From Owenia fusiformis (Eukaryota), in assembly GCA_903813345.2 (NCBI GenBank), contig CAIIXF020000001.1, positions 1,302,001 through 1,366,000 of the forward strand: a stretch of DNA of 64,000 nt, written 5' to 3'. The notes below the pieces were generated by a model. The model searched no databases. It was not told where the DNA came from and saw nothing but the letters and a program-made list of their open reading frames with translations. Shown piece after piece: positions 13,721 through 27,245 of the stretch. A program made the position numbers and the translations under genes. Position 1 is the stretch's first letter, and the number at the start of each line of letters is the position of its first letter.

Positions 13721-15120
13721 CATATTTAGCTTTTGGATACTTTTAAAGAATCTTTTCTGGATCGCCATTGATATTCTGTCCAATATATGCCCCCCCCCCC
13801 ATCCTAAGCTTTTGGATACTTTTAATGAATCTTTTCTGGATTACCATTGATATTCTGTCCAATATATGCCCCCCCCCATCTTAAGCTTTTGGATACTTTT
13901 AATGAATCTTTTCTGGATCGCCATTGATATTCTGTCCAATTTATGCCCCCCCCCCATCTTAAGCTTTTGGATACTTTTAATGAATCTTTTCTGGATCGCC
14001 ATTGCTATTCTGTCCAATAAATGCCCCCCCCCCATCTTAAGCTTTTGGATACTTTTAATGAATCTTTTCTGGATCGCCATTGATATTCTGTCCAATATAT
14101 GCCCCCCCCCCCCATCTTAAGCTTTTGGATACTTTTAATGAATCTTTTCTGGATCGCCATTGATATTCTGTCCAATATATGCCCCCCCCCCCATCTTAAG
14201 CTTTTGGATACTTTTAATGAATCTTTTCTGGATCGCCATTGATATTTATCCAATATATGGCCCCCCCCATCTTAAGCTTTTGGACACTTTTAATGAATCT
14301 TTTCTGGATCGCCATTTATATTCTGTCCAATATATTGCCCCCCCCCCCCCATCTTAAGCTTTTGTATACTTTTAATGAATCTTTTCTGGATCGCCATTGA
14401 TATTCTGTCCAATATATGCCCCCCCCCCCCCATCTTAAGCTTTTGGATACTTTTAATGAATCTTTTCTGAATCGCCATTGATATTCTGTCTAATATATGC
14501 CCCCCCCATCTTAAGCTTTTGGATACTTTTAATGAATCTTTTCTGGATCGCCATTGATGTTCTGTCCAATATATGCCCCCCCCCCATCTTAAGCTGTTGG
14601 ATACTTTTAATGAATCTTTTCTGGATCGCCATTGATATTCTGTCCAATATATGCCCCCCCCCATCTTAAGCTTTTGAATACTTTTAATGAATCTTTTCTG
14701 GATCGCCATTGATATTCTGTGCAATATATGCCCCCCCCCCCCATCTTAAGCTTTTGGATACTTTTAATGAATCTTTTCTGCATCGCCATTGATATTCTGT
14801 CCAATATATTGCCCCCCCCCCATCTTAAGCTTTTGGATACTTTTAATGAATCTTTTCTGGATCGCCATTGATATTCTGTCCAATATATGGGCCCCCGCAT
14901 CTTAAGCTTTTGGATACTTTTAATGAATCTTTTCTGGATCGCCATTGATATTCTGTCCAATATATGGGACCCCGCATCTTAAGCTTTTGGATACTTTTAA
15001 TGAATCTTTTCTGGATCGCCATTGATATTCTGTCCAATATATGCCCCCCCCCATCTTAGCTTTTGGATACTTTTAATGAATCTTTTCTGGATCGCCATTG
15101 ATATTCTGTCCAATATATGG
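13721..15120 (+). repeat. Minisatellite, about 18 copies of a ~77-81-bp unit with a variable poly-C tract
   Basis: Unit catcttaagcttttggatacttttaatgaatcttttctggatcgccattgatattctgtccaatatatg + (C)n, in SLC43A3 intron 3. Confidence 0.97.
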
Positions 15121-15743
15121 GCATGTCGTGGTAAAAAAAATTCAAACAGCCGCCATTTTGTTCACTTCAACATTTGAATCATGGTTTTTGATTTTATTTT
15201 CCAATGAAAAATTCCAGAAAACACAGAAGCAATGATCGAGATATTGGTTCGAATCTTTTGGACTGTTTGTATTGAATTTATAGTCGATTATAATTTCAGA
15301 AAATAACGACATTTCGACGTTTTCATTGTTGGAAAATATCGAGTTTCGATCCTGGGAGCCAATCATCCTTGCATTTATTTAAGAGGTCATAGATATCCCA
15401 ATGAGCGATAATTCACAGCAAATGTAAATGAATGTTAAAAACATATCTTCAAACTTTGCATTGGGCCTTTAAATATGTTGAATAAATAAACACTCTTGGA
15501 TATCTAACAAAAGGCAGTTAAGGAAAGACAAAAAAACATTACTACGCATAATATAATTTTGTAACATTTCTAAATGAATGGATTTGCCAAAACTATGTTA
15601 TACCTGTAAAGAACTACAATGCAATAATTTAGAGAATGTTAGAGTATATAATTCTAAACATAGAAATCTACCTTACCTTTCGGCTTGTCTATTTGTTCTT
15701 CTATGATACATTGTAACATGATTGGTCTTCGTTGTGCCTCCAG

Positions 15744-16389
15744 CTTCAGTACGAGAATGGGATTCCCTTGTCTTCTTCCTTGTATGTGTTCCTGTCTGTC
15801 TTCTTGCCAATCACACTCCTGGGGACGTTCATATTTCAACCTCGGAAGCATATCCATTTGGACAACAACGGGAGACATCCAATGGCATTTACCATCTTAC
15901 AACGAATGAGAGTAGCCAGATATATAGCCACAAATGTTGCGCGGGATGAGGAAGTCCAAAAATCCTATTCGACAGATGGAACAAAGGATTGTGCGCCTAG
16001 TGAGAGTAGGGCTGAACTCCAAGGATACACGAATAAAGCATTTGAAGCACCAAATGAAGCAAATCTGAGTGGTCGTGATATCCGTCCAACTGAATCAAAA
16101 ACCGATGATATAAAAACGATAAGTGAGTGTCGACCAAAAGATTTGGTGATCGAAGATTCAACAGCCAATAGTAAAGAAGCGACCACGGACTGTAGCAGTT
16201 TGCCAATCAAAGCTACATCCAAAAATAATACATCTGATATTGAAACAGATAGGCTTTCTAAAATACTGTTTTCACCATTATTTCTATGGAATATATGGAC
16301 ATTTTCTGTATTGAATTTGAGGAGTCAATACTTCTTCGTCTCGTTCAACTCGTGGATTACAGATCTGAGTGCTGGCGATAGAAACCAAG
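15744..16389 (+). CDS. SLC43A3: SLC43A3-like exon 4 (TM segment, large cytoplasmic loop, next TM)
   Basis: Acceptor gcctccAG; LQYENGIPL...TFIFQPRKHI...ILFSPLFLWNIWTFSVLNLRSQYFFVSFNSWI matches SLC43 motifs. Donor CAAG|GTATGA, phase 1. Confidence 0.88.
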
Positions 16390-16545
16390 GTATGAAGTTA
16401 GTTTGAACTAATACATTACCTGATTATAGATTACAACATGTCTTCTTGATCAAGTCTGAGAAAATATTCATGGTAAAAGATGTGACTCTTTAAAATCATT
16501 TGGCATACCAACCTCGTACATTTACCTAACTTGGCCTTATTTCAG

Positions 16546-16665
16546 TCACCTTGCACACGTCCGTGTTCACTGGAACGTTGGCCTTCGGCTTCCTTGTCAG
16601 CCCCCTGGCGGGTTTATTCATCGATGCATGGAGGAAAAGAGAAGATGGGGGCAGTCCACATACAA
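16546..16665 (+). CDS. SLC43A3: SLC43A3-like exon 5
   Basis: Acceptor ccttatttcAG; VTLHTSVFTGTLAFGFLVSPLAGLFIDAWRKREDGGSPHT (PxxGLxxD motif). Donor A|GTTAGT. Confidence 0.85.
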
Positions 16666-16842
16666 GTTAGTTTGATTCCTTGTTCATAATTCGTTAAGTA
16701 GCCATACATCAACTACATCAAGCCATCCCCCTCCCATCTAGCAAGTCCTTGATCCATATGCCAAGCTTTATCGTAGCTTCAGATCCTATACTAATACACT
16801 TTATGATCATATGTTTTAGGTTTTGACAAGACGTTTTAATAG

Positions 16843-17032
16843 CAAATTCTCATGAAATTATAGAATACCTGCGACCCTACATTTACATATTCACAACGGA
16901 GGCTGCCATGAACGTTGTCCTCAGCATATGTACGATGATACCAAGTCTGAATGCTCAGTACTTTACATATATTGCGTTTGTGACATCCCGGGGATTCCTT
17001 TATGCCGTCAATGCTGCGTTCATCTCAGAAGC
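16843..17032 (+). CDS. SLC43A3: SLC43A3-like exon 6 (alternative in-frame acceptor at 16864)
   Basis: ...MNVVLSICTMIPSLNAQYFTYIAFVTSRGFLYAVNAAFISEA resembles vertebrate SLC43A3 [27 protein letters not shown]. Donor GC|GTACGT, phase 2. The 5' boundary is uncertain between two AGs. Confidence 0.82.
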
Positions 17033-18022
17033 GTACGTATATTCAAAACATCCTATTTAATTGCTTTGTGGAATCACACCCTAATCTCCTTTATCTGTGG
17101 TTTTTGACACTACTCCCTTCCTTGATTTACCACCTGTACATTTTTTGTTTAATTGTAGAAACTTTGCGCTTATAATAAGATATGATTATGCATGATATAC
17201 CTAGGACCAAAATGCGTACTAAAAATCATTTGATTATGAGCATAGTAGTGATGTTATGAATTAAAATTATAGTGAAAGTGAAAGCATGAACTTAAAGAGG
17301 CTCTATGCCATAGGATAGCACAATCAAGACCCCTTTGGACTTTTTTGCATATTGAGTTTCACCACATATTCTCCCATCTACTTACCAAAGAAAAAGTCCC
17401 AAAACCCCCCTCTTTCAGTGTAAATTTTGCGATTGTGCTGGCCGATTTAATTATTTTCGCGGAAATTAATTCAATCTGAAGTTTGAATATACCGGGAAAG
17501 TCTTCCAGTTATCTGATTGGTCGTTGAATTTGTTTGTTATGACCCTGATTGGCTGCCTGGTTCAAGGCGCTTTTGGGCGATTGTGTAACCCAATGGGGAT
17601 TTCCCTCGCTAGCCGAGGAATCGATTGTGTTTAATTCTGGAGGTTGGTTGTTCTGTTGATTATTTCAGTATCTCGACAATAATATACCCAAAAGTTATTC
17701 TGAAGATATATCCATGGTATATGAGATATTATATGAGCAATAGCAATAGGACATCATTGGCTGTCTAGGGGAGAAACCTATACTAAAATGCATCTTTAAT
17801 CGCGAGACCCAGAAAAATGCGACACGATTAAAGCAAGACTAGATGTAAAATTTCTTGAAAGAATTTTTGACTTTTCGAAATAAAGACAGAAAACTAATTA
17901 TGATGGGCCCAAAGGATTTTGATAATTAGCATAGGATAAATATAATAGCATAGTATTATCATAGTATTATCCTCTATTCGTTTACATCATTGCAGTATGT
18001 GTGTGCTTGTTCTCTTTCACAG

Positions 18023-18143
18023 ATTTCCACAGAAGCATTTCGGCAAGTTGTTAAGTGCTTCATTTGCATCAAGCACCGCTGCTAGCGCATTGCAACACCC
18101 GATATTTATTGGTGCTGAATCGCTCGCCAATGGCTTCCTTATG
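18023..18143 (+). CDS. SLC43A3: SLC43A3-like exon 7
   Basis: Acceptor tctctttcacAG; FPQKHFGKLLSASFASSTAASALQHPIF (FPxxHFGKL and LQxPIF motifs). Donor ATG|GTAAGT. Confidence 0.9.
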
Positions 18144-18289
18144 GTAAGTAAATATATTAAAAGTGTTACGATACAAGCCCCCTCCCCAGAAATGATGTTG
18201 GTACGGATAGCACCCCCCTGAAATAATACAATCCTAAAAGACCCCACCTACAGATTGCTATATAGCAAGTAGGTTGATCCCCATTACGT

Positions 18290-18620
18290 ACATTTTCAAA
18301 TGATAGACCCTGCAATATTGCCCCGCGTGCATTTTAGATAATGGCAATCAATCCCCCTTATTGTAACCCATGTATTTCTAGATAATTGTTGTATATCCCA
18401 TTACTGCATGGCATGCATTTTTAGATAATGCCAATATATCCCCTTACTGCTGCATCAAATCCATTAAATATAATGGCAATATATACCCTAATTGTAGCAC
18501 ATGCATTTTTAGATAATGGCATTATATCCCCTTACTGCATTGCATGCGTTCTAGAGCTGCCAATACACACCCGTAAAACCTGCATTTTTGATAATGGTTA
18601 TATATCTCCTTACTGCGTCC
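18290..18620 (+). repeat. Diverged ~43-bp tandem repeat (about 7 copies)
   Basis: Consensus gcatttttagataatggcaatatatccccttactgc recurs at ~18329, 18371, 18415, 18460, 18503 and 18582. Confidence 0.75.
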
Positions 18621-18926
18621 CCCCATACACACACAAAAGAAAAAGCAATTTTGTAGAATTTGTGGAATAAAACATTAAAAAATTATAGTTCGGAATCCTT
18701 TTAATCCACCATATACAACGGAATTGTGAAAAATCAAAGGGGGTTAACCGCCACTTCGGCTTCCGCTTCGGCTTCGCTCTCAGTGATGCAAACCCATAAG
18801 ATCACACCATCCCTTGCATTCATAGTATTCTGATTAGGTAAGCTAAAGGCTGGATGTAAGAGTTATAATCTTTAAGAAGTTTACTCAAACTTGAGGTCTT
18901 CAAAGGATTCTTAAAAGGATATCAAA

Positions 18927-19306
18927 TATCGTCGTATGAGAATAATTATGTCCCAAGTGCTATTTATCTCCTCTCAATAGCCTGCTTTTCAGTGTCAAAT
19001 TGTCCAAACTCCATAAAAAATTCAAAATACCATTCAACTTTTTTCTATGTTTCACTTTAACCAATCAAATTGTTTGAATTACACCATGTGACTAAGAATT
19101 ATTATATTACAATTTTAAACTGAGAAAATTGGCCTAGAAAATCTTAAAATTCATGAATTTTTTAGTGTATATACACAAATTTTTGATTAAAAGAATGTCA
19201 AAATTTCACAAATGACAGATAGATAGGATTGAAGTTACAGATGCCTAAACTGATTTTTTGGTTTCACAAAAATGTGGGTTGGGACATTTTTTCTCATAGG
19301 GCGATA
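18927..19306. mobile_element. MITE with ~28-bp imperfect TIR, TA-flanked
   Basis: tatcgtcgtatgagaataattatgtccca versus tgggacattttttctcatagggcgata. Confidence 0.6.
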
Positions 19307-19385
19307 TATCATCTTCGTTCACTCGGCTCCCGTCGGTCGATGAACTCAGTGAAGACCGAGCGTGCGAAGATGGCGATATTTAGAG

Positions 19386-19697
19386 GTTATGTCACTATGA
19401 CGTGAAATATGCCTGAGTTCTCCCAATATAGGCCGACCTTGGGAGGCTCTATATTTGGGCAAGAACGAAGGCATATTTCACGTCATAGTGACATAACTGA
19501 TGTATTACATGCCTTTGTTCCCATGGTTACTTTGTATCAATGACGTGACGTCATGATATTATCATGGTTATTAAAGAAATCTAATATCAAAACGAGGTAA
19601 GCGGGCTATATCGGGGTAATCGGGCAATATCGGTGGATATAGCTCGCTAACTTTCCCATTGACTTCCATACAAATGCTTCGCTAGGTATGTAATACA
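19386..19697. mobile_element. Hairpin (19386-19497) plus TIR-bounded unit (19501-19697)
   Basis: gttatgtcactatgacgtgaaatatgcct ... aggcatatttcacgtcatagtgacataac, then tgtattacatgcct ... aggtatgtaataca. Confidence 0.7.
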
Positions 19698-19922
19698 TTG
19701 TGATATATTAATATTGTGAAAAATATCTTTTCTATTCTCTTGAATGCCTGTATTGAATAAACTCACCGAATGGGACTTGTTTATGTTGCTCTATAAATCA
19801 TGAAAGAAGAATTAAACAAATAGCGTCGAGGATAACGTGTGTCTCAGTTAAAGTGAATGTCACAATGTGATAAGAGGGCTGATGTCTTCAAAGTGAAGCA
19901 TAAGTAGGAGACGGACCAATGG

Positions 19923-21832
19923 CACGGTGACCAAGAGTTAACAGTGCAAATCGGCCCGGTCGTGTTTTTTTAAACTTTTTAGTCGTGTTTTGTAAGAACA
20001 TGGGATGCGACATTCGATAGAATGGAGCAAAATGGTAAGAATATTCTATATTTTACAAACTTACATATCATGACTTCTACCTAAGATGTTCTTCTTCATA
20101 CCCACGAGTCTATTTTGGGGATAAATCCATCATACTTCATATCAATCGCAATTATATACCAAAAGTGCCAGAAATATGTACTTAATTTGCATTTAGTGTT
20201 ATTTAATCAAGTTTAAACAGACAATCCATTCAACAACGTGGAATAATATTCACTACTCAAGATCGTGTAAATATTTTAACTGTATTTATCTTAAAATTGC
20301 CATAAATGACCGTAAATGTAGAAAGTGGAGTTAACTATAGAGAAGGGACAATATAACGTCATGGACGTGTCTTATAATAAGCATGTTAACGTTTTGGAAT
20401 TGTAAAGATAACGTTTTAGACGTGATAAAATTAACGACTTTGAATTGTCTTGTAATATTGTTCACATTGACCATGTTTTGTTGCTTAATAATTTGTCTGT
20501 GCTTCTGAAAATAATCATATTAGTACTAAACACGGGACATTATGTGTCACCCGTTTATTGTAATTTGTAGTCAAGATATGAATAAATAAGAATAAATAAA
20601 AAAGACAGATATATGATTTAACAAGATCAACAGATGTTGTAATTTAATTCGCTAGAAAACTATGCTACAGTACAGTTCATAGATCACTCTTAGAACGATA
20701 GCAGCATATGTAGCGTTTTTTACCTATTGCAATTTGAAAATTAAAATTGAAATTGTATTGCATTGTGTGAGGCGAATTAGGGAATAACATCGAATCAAAT
20801 TGTTAAAAATCCTGAGGCAAACCTAATAGATATTGAGCATACGATTTTAATAACGGTGGAGTTATTCCTTACATTAGATGATCATATATATGCATTTACA
20901 TGTAGTGCATCACAAACTAAACATTTCCTCTCATTTTGAATAAATTTATTTACGTTCATGACAGGGAAAAGTAAGTTTAAGGCCAATAGGGACGTTTTAA
21001 AACGTATTTGAGGCAAATTCAAAATAGCAACGAGCCATTTAATGAGCGACAGGGCAATTAAAAAATAATATGACTGGTCAAATTTTCAAAATGACGAGCG
21101 ACGAGGCAAAGCTCGCTTGCATTAACCATGCGTGTCTGATTCTAACCATTTTGATTCAAGTATCAAATTCGGTTGTGATCCCATAGATCAATCTTGACAT
21201 ATTATGTCGTATATTTGATTATTTTTAATCATTTATAATTAAGATAGTGTCACTCAGACAACAACTTCTTCCACATTGTGATCATTTTTTGGGAAATACA
21301 TAATGTTAATTGTGCTGTTTCCCACTTCCAAATCGTTAAACCTCAATGTCTCTACACGTCTAGAACGTTTCACTAACAGGTCAACGTCATTAACCGCAAT
21401 CTTTTCAACACGTCTAAAGAGTTTAATCTAAAAAATATTATTCGGTCAATTGCTACTTATTTAAGCTCTTCTAACTTTTGATTTTCGCACATATTGTGAA
21501 TGCTTTCCTTATGAATCGATGTATTCATTGAATACAACTCAGGCAAGTGATTTTCAGGCAAAAATATGTATAACACTGACAGAATTGCTCATTTCCCGAT
21601 ATAACAAGACTATAGCATACGATTCGTGCAAATAACACGTTTACGAATACCTGAAGTTAAGATATATAGTATGGAAAGCAATATAAATTACTTACTTTTA
21701 CATAAAGTCAAGTGACAGCAATTTCATGACCAAATTTATCAACCTACCTCTCAAATTTTCGACAAAACACGACTAAAGAGTTTAAAAAAACACGACCGGG
21801 CCGATTTGCACTGTTAACTCTTGCTCACCGTG
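19923..21832. mobile_element. Transib/RAG-like non-autonomous DNA transposon, ~70-bp TIR, 5-bp TSD AATGG
   Basis: AATGG|CACGGTGaccaagagttaacagtgcaaatcggcccggtcgtgttttt ... aaaaacacgaccgggccgatttgcactgttaactcttgctCACCGTG|AATGG. The element boundaries are seen directly; the superfamily is inferred from CAC ends plus 5-bp TSD. Confidence 0.85.
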
Positions 21833-24800
21833 AATGGTATAAATTACCTGTAAATGTGATCGTAAATGTAATTAAAGACCCTCCATTCCAATACCCCAAT
21901 CCTACACTACTCAAGGGAAAGATCAATACCCGGTGATTTCAGCGGGAAGTGGCGTTTCGTTCAGTGGATGAGCTGCGCGCGCACGCATAAATGTGATTAT
22001 CCAATATAATTAGGGGAGGGCTATTTGAAGTAGTTTTTGGTCTCAGGCGCGACCCAGGGCTGTTGTCTTAAGGACATTTCGTTGAAAATGAGCCATTCGG
22101 CTGATAATTGGTAAGAGTTTGCGATCTTATAATGTATAACTGTTACTCAGACACATATTTTGACACGATTCTGTTGGAAATAAGCTTTGAACCGAGAGAT
22201 ATTCACGATTGATATGCACATTTTTGATTGTGCCATTGCTTTTCTATTGCACAACCCATGTATTGATAGAAGAAACATTAATAATACAGATTGGTTTACC
22301 TTCAATACATGGCAGACACTACATATCGGTATATTAATACCAGTTTGTGCCTTAAATAGTTTTATATTTCCATCCACGGCCTGGAGCCTGGGTGTGTTTG
22401 TCTCTTATGTGTATGCTTGTGCATGGACTTCTAATCACTAGCAGAATTTAACATGATGCAAACTCGACATTATAACTCATGCTGTAACATTTTGACTTCG
22501 CTGGAAAACAATAGGAATTATTTTTCTTGCCAATCAATCATGAATCACAATCAAAATTTCAGAATGATCAATCAGGCAATGATCCAAATCAAGTTATAAC
22601 ATTATATGATATTCAGCAAGAAGTCCGGTAGAAATACAGAATATTTAAACATCAAAGCTGAAAGTTAAAAGCTAATCTGTCAATTTTCTGTCTGCAAAAG
22701 AGCGTCCCAAGAGCGTTTACATTTGACACAATAACAGACTGAGGCCTTGAAATCTAGGATTCCCCAGGAAAATATGACGTCATACTAATTAGCATAAGGA
22801 TTTCCCTATTGGGGTGGGTCGAGCCTTGTTCGAAAACACAATCCATAAATACATGCTAATTTCTAAGGAGATAGGAAGTGTATAACGTGTTTATCGATTT
22901 TGTTTAAAGATTTAATCAATTATCAAATTGTTTAAGTGGATAAAGTGGTCACACTTGCTTCAATTCATAGCGAAATCGACGGATAGAAACTGACCGAATT
23001 CCCGATATCCTACCCCGTATTACTGTAGGCTATAAGCATAGTGACCTACAGAGGGCGCTATCACAAACAAGTACTGGACGAACCGATAAATTCCCGGGTA
23101 TTGTAACGCCCTTGCACTACTCGAGACACATAATTTGTTTGACCAATCACCTTTCCACAAAGTAAAGAAAATCGATAATTTCCTGCGCGCTGATTGGTTG
23201 TATGCAAATGAGTCAAATCAATGACGTCAATGGTAGAAAGTTTTGAAGAATTAGTACAGCCAGCATAGGAATATTTTGAATAAACTACAATAAAAAGGAT
23301 TCTATTTGCCAAATGCACAAATTATTTTTAATCAAATATGAAATATGGACGGGGCACTTTGATTCCGAACCTTATGTAATTTAAATTAATCATTTTTTGA
23401 CAGAACTATTGTTTATTAAGACTTCTGAGATCAGCTTCACATACCCGGGCTCACATATCTCGTGCGATTGTAAACAAAAAATGTAAATTGTGAAGTTACA
23501 AACAACTCGGTTTAATTATCTGATAGTGGTCATACAATATTCTGTTAAATGGTTATATGTCGTAGTAAGAAGTTCCATCATAAATTCACCATGAGTGACA
23601 TTCGCGCAAACTAAACCAATCGAATTGAAACACGATTTGTTTGACTTTGTTATTGAGGATCGATCCCATCTCCATAATACACATTAACAAAATATTTTCA
23701 AAAGCATGCATGAATATGTTACGGTAACTAAAACCATGGGCTTTCAAGATCATGAAAGCCAATGACTAAACTAACTTTCTTTTCATTGGAACTTTTTCCA
23801 GTTGCAATTTCAGTAAAACGTAGAACGGGTTTCTCGCTAAACGCAACTGGGCCTCATTAAAAAACCTTCATTTCATCCTCCAAACTTGGAGAACGCCCAT
23901 TGGCTATTAAAAAGATAACTTCGAAGCCAAATTTTCTATCCAAGAAGCTAGACTTAAACCATTACTTTATTATTTACCAAATGAAATTTGTTCATAGTAC
24001 ATATACGATATCGTTACCTTTTGGTATTAATTCGCCATCAGCGATGTCAATAACGATCAGCAATGTCAACATATCATCAATGAATATTATAGATATACGC
24101 TCTTTCTTTGAAATCTTTCCGGTGATCATTATTCAAAACCGATCATCACATAACTAATTTATCCTATGACAAGTGAGGTTTCACAAGTGAAGTTTTCAGG
24201 ACACATATTTAGGTTTGTTTTCTAAGCGTTCTCATTATTTTCGAGAAATCCATCATCGTTTTGGCTAAGAAAATTTTACGGTCTGCTGGATCTATTTTGA
24301 CAGTTTTGCTTTAGCAAGATATTCTAACAAATTGACTGTTTCTACACTGAATAAAAAACATTTTCCCGGGAATATTTGGATCGGGAGATACGCAGCGGGA
24401 AATATACATTGGAATATATCAATTCTATATTCCGATGTTTTCATGTATAATATTTTCAAGATACGATCTTATATATGACTTGCAGAAATAGATAGGAAGT
24501 AATCGTGATTAGTTAATTGAATTATGGGAGTAGTGAAGTCAATGATTAAATGAATAAGAGCAAATGTTTTTAATTTGAACAGGTCATTCATCAAATGACA
24601 CTGAAGATTAACTTAAAATAGATTGTCTATCTATGTATTTTTATGCATGAGAGAAAATTGTTATAATGTTGGTGAACCAATAATTATGATAATTTCACCT
24701 GTTCACATGCAGTTCCCATTATGATTGAAAAATGACCGGGAGTAATTCTCTTCAATTTATTTACTCATTATGAACAGAAATTTAATATTTAAAACCATTC

Positions 24801-26832
24801 GCATTCCATGCAGTTATTTCAAGATTATCCGCTGCTTTCATATTTTGGTAGTTACTATGTATATTGAAAGAACTGGGTATAAGGAATAAGGACGATGTAA
24901 GCACAAATAATGATAATGTTGTCAGAACCATCATTCCTCATAACATTCTTCAACGCAGGAATCACGCCAATCAATGTAAGAAGTATACTCTTTTGAAGCA
25001 TGGTAAATGTTGTCATTATCAATATCATCAAGCCTGGGAGCATTATTACGACGGCCTTTTGGCACCCATTCTCTGCATTGCACTGGAGAAGGCCAAGCAG
25101 AGGGAGACATTGCACGTTCAACATTGGATTTTGGCACAATAATTTTGCATCCAACTCTATACTGGGACACTTTATTATGCACAACATAGCTTTGCATAAT
25201 ACGTATATTTTGATTTTTAGCATGTGCTGACACCTGGTGTTTGATATCCTCATTAGTCTCACCCTCACATATCTCAATGTTAGATAGCCTCTTTCCATGT
25301 AATTGTTATAATGGGTAAGAATTGGAATATTGAATTGATTATATTTTTGTTTTTAGGACTCGCAAGAGATGCTCTTGTTTGAGCCTCTAAAGGGCAAGGA
25401 AAAAATTGTGTCTTGCTTTATTTATGAAACCAGTTTAAGTCAAAAAGATAGCAATGAAGAGGCAAAAGAAGAATTAGCATCAAGTACTGATGAATATGAC
25501 AAAATTAATAACAATGAATCTGGGATGCATATTTGAACGAGGTTCGCGTAACCGTCAATCAATTTTTTTGCGTAACCGCAAATGAAAAATACAATATTTT
25601 GGCTTAAGTAGAACATATTTAAGTGGTTTCCAATGCTCAGTTGGCTTTTTATGATCGATGTAGGTTACATCTATATACCCTGAGGTCGTTAGGCAATGTA
25701 GACCATGCCCTAACGACAAAAATAAACAAATTACTAAATTTTGTGTAGTTTTGAATTTTAAACTCAACAGTTTTTCGCTTATTTCATGTTATCCCCGGGC
25801 ATCAATTTGCAAAGAATACGTTCAAAATATACATTACTAAATGCACCACCGAATGCGATACCTACAAAAATCGTTCATCTTTTCATTTATACACTATAGA
25901 AGAAAGTGATGCACCAACCTTAGTTTTCTGTTCCATCGCGGCCATTTTATTGGATAAATCAGTGATCGTAGTCGTCTAATCTCGTTTTCAGAGGTGTCGT
26001 AACCGTCATGCTATAACACCGTGAATTATGAATGCTGAGATACCAGAATCTATGACATATAGAATCTATGGTATGAATTTTCAAATAATGAAGGCCTGAT
26101 TTGTTATCAAGCCGTCTGAACTTAAAGGAATATTCCTTGCCAAACCATCTCTCTCCTCAAATGGTAGCTATAACCATATATATGCTTGCCATGTTTAGCA
26201 AAACACGAACAAATGTTTTGATATGGTTATTATTATTATTATTAATGTTTTTATTATTCTTAAAGGCAGAATCAGATCTATAGGGGGTGACAAAATTACA
26301 AGGAACGTGCATAATTGACCTACCAATCTATTCCTTACAATATCAAATACAATATCTCCCAAAAGATTCACAATATGTTATAAATTGGTGAAGTTATTAA
26401 TGATTCAAAGTGCAAAAATGGGTGAAAAATGTTTAAATTCTCCCAAATAATAAGAATGGTAACCATTCTTATAGAAAAATAATACATTATTGTAAAAATC
26501 TTTAGTTTTCCTTGAATAAAGTATGCACTTTTGTGATTTTTAGAAAATAGTCATGACAAGGAATGACATGAGCCAAAAATATTCTAGAATTGAAACAATT
26601 TTTTGTTGAGCCTGCTCGCTATCTCTGATTCTCTCTTTAAATCATAGTAATTTACAAAGTACAAGAAAGCAAGACCAATCGCCATTTGGCATTACAGGTC
26701 GCTTTAACATAAATATAGTTTAGAAGCAAGTAATAATAAAACAAACAAAAAAATGCATAAAACTATTGAAAAGTTTTGTTGTTAATTGCTTAGTTGCTTA
26801 GTTGTTGGGGATATTTTGGTCCAGGAGGTTTT

Positions 26833-27245
26833 GATATGGTCAAATTTGATCACTTAGAAATGTGATGCTCAATTCCAGTAAGCTGCCATCTTTTAAAATT
26901 TCACACAGGAAGTGATGTCATCGACTCTCAACTTTGCATATAGCATTAGGTGAGGAGCTATAAAGAATTACAAAACCAGCTAAATATTATTTTTCAACTT
27001 TGTATCTTATTTAATCCTTCTGGAAATCTCTTCTTTTATTCTAAGTTGACAAGCCCTGAAAATATTTTTGCACAGAAAGTAATGATCACTTGTCTAGAAG
27101 TGATTTTGTGCTACTTTCCTATACTGTTATGGGCAAGGTTATAGAAGTTGAGAGTTGATGACATCACTTCATGCAAGAAATCTTAAAATATGGCAGCTCA
27201 CTGGAAATAAGCACTAGATTTTCAGATGATCAATATTGACCATAT
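26833..27245. repeat. ~100-bp imperfect inverted repeat with ~210-bp spacer (MITE remnant)
   Basis: attccagtaagctgccat...gaagtgatgtcatcgactctcaactt versus aagttgagagttgatgacatcacttc...atggcagctcactggaa. Confidence 0.7.

Noticed and set aside
13721-15120. CRISPR-like array or repeated ORFs (MDRISMAIQKRFIKSIQKLKMGGG)
   Set aside because: There are no unique spacers, only poly-C length changes; no cas genes; it lies in a eukaryotic intron. The ORFs are by-products of the tandem repeat.
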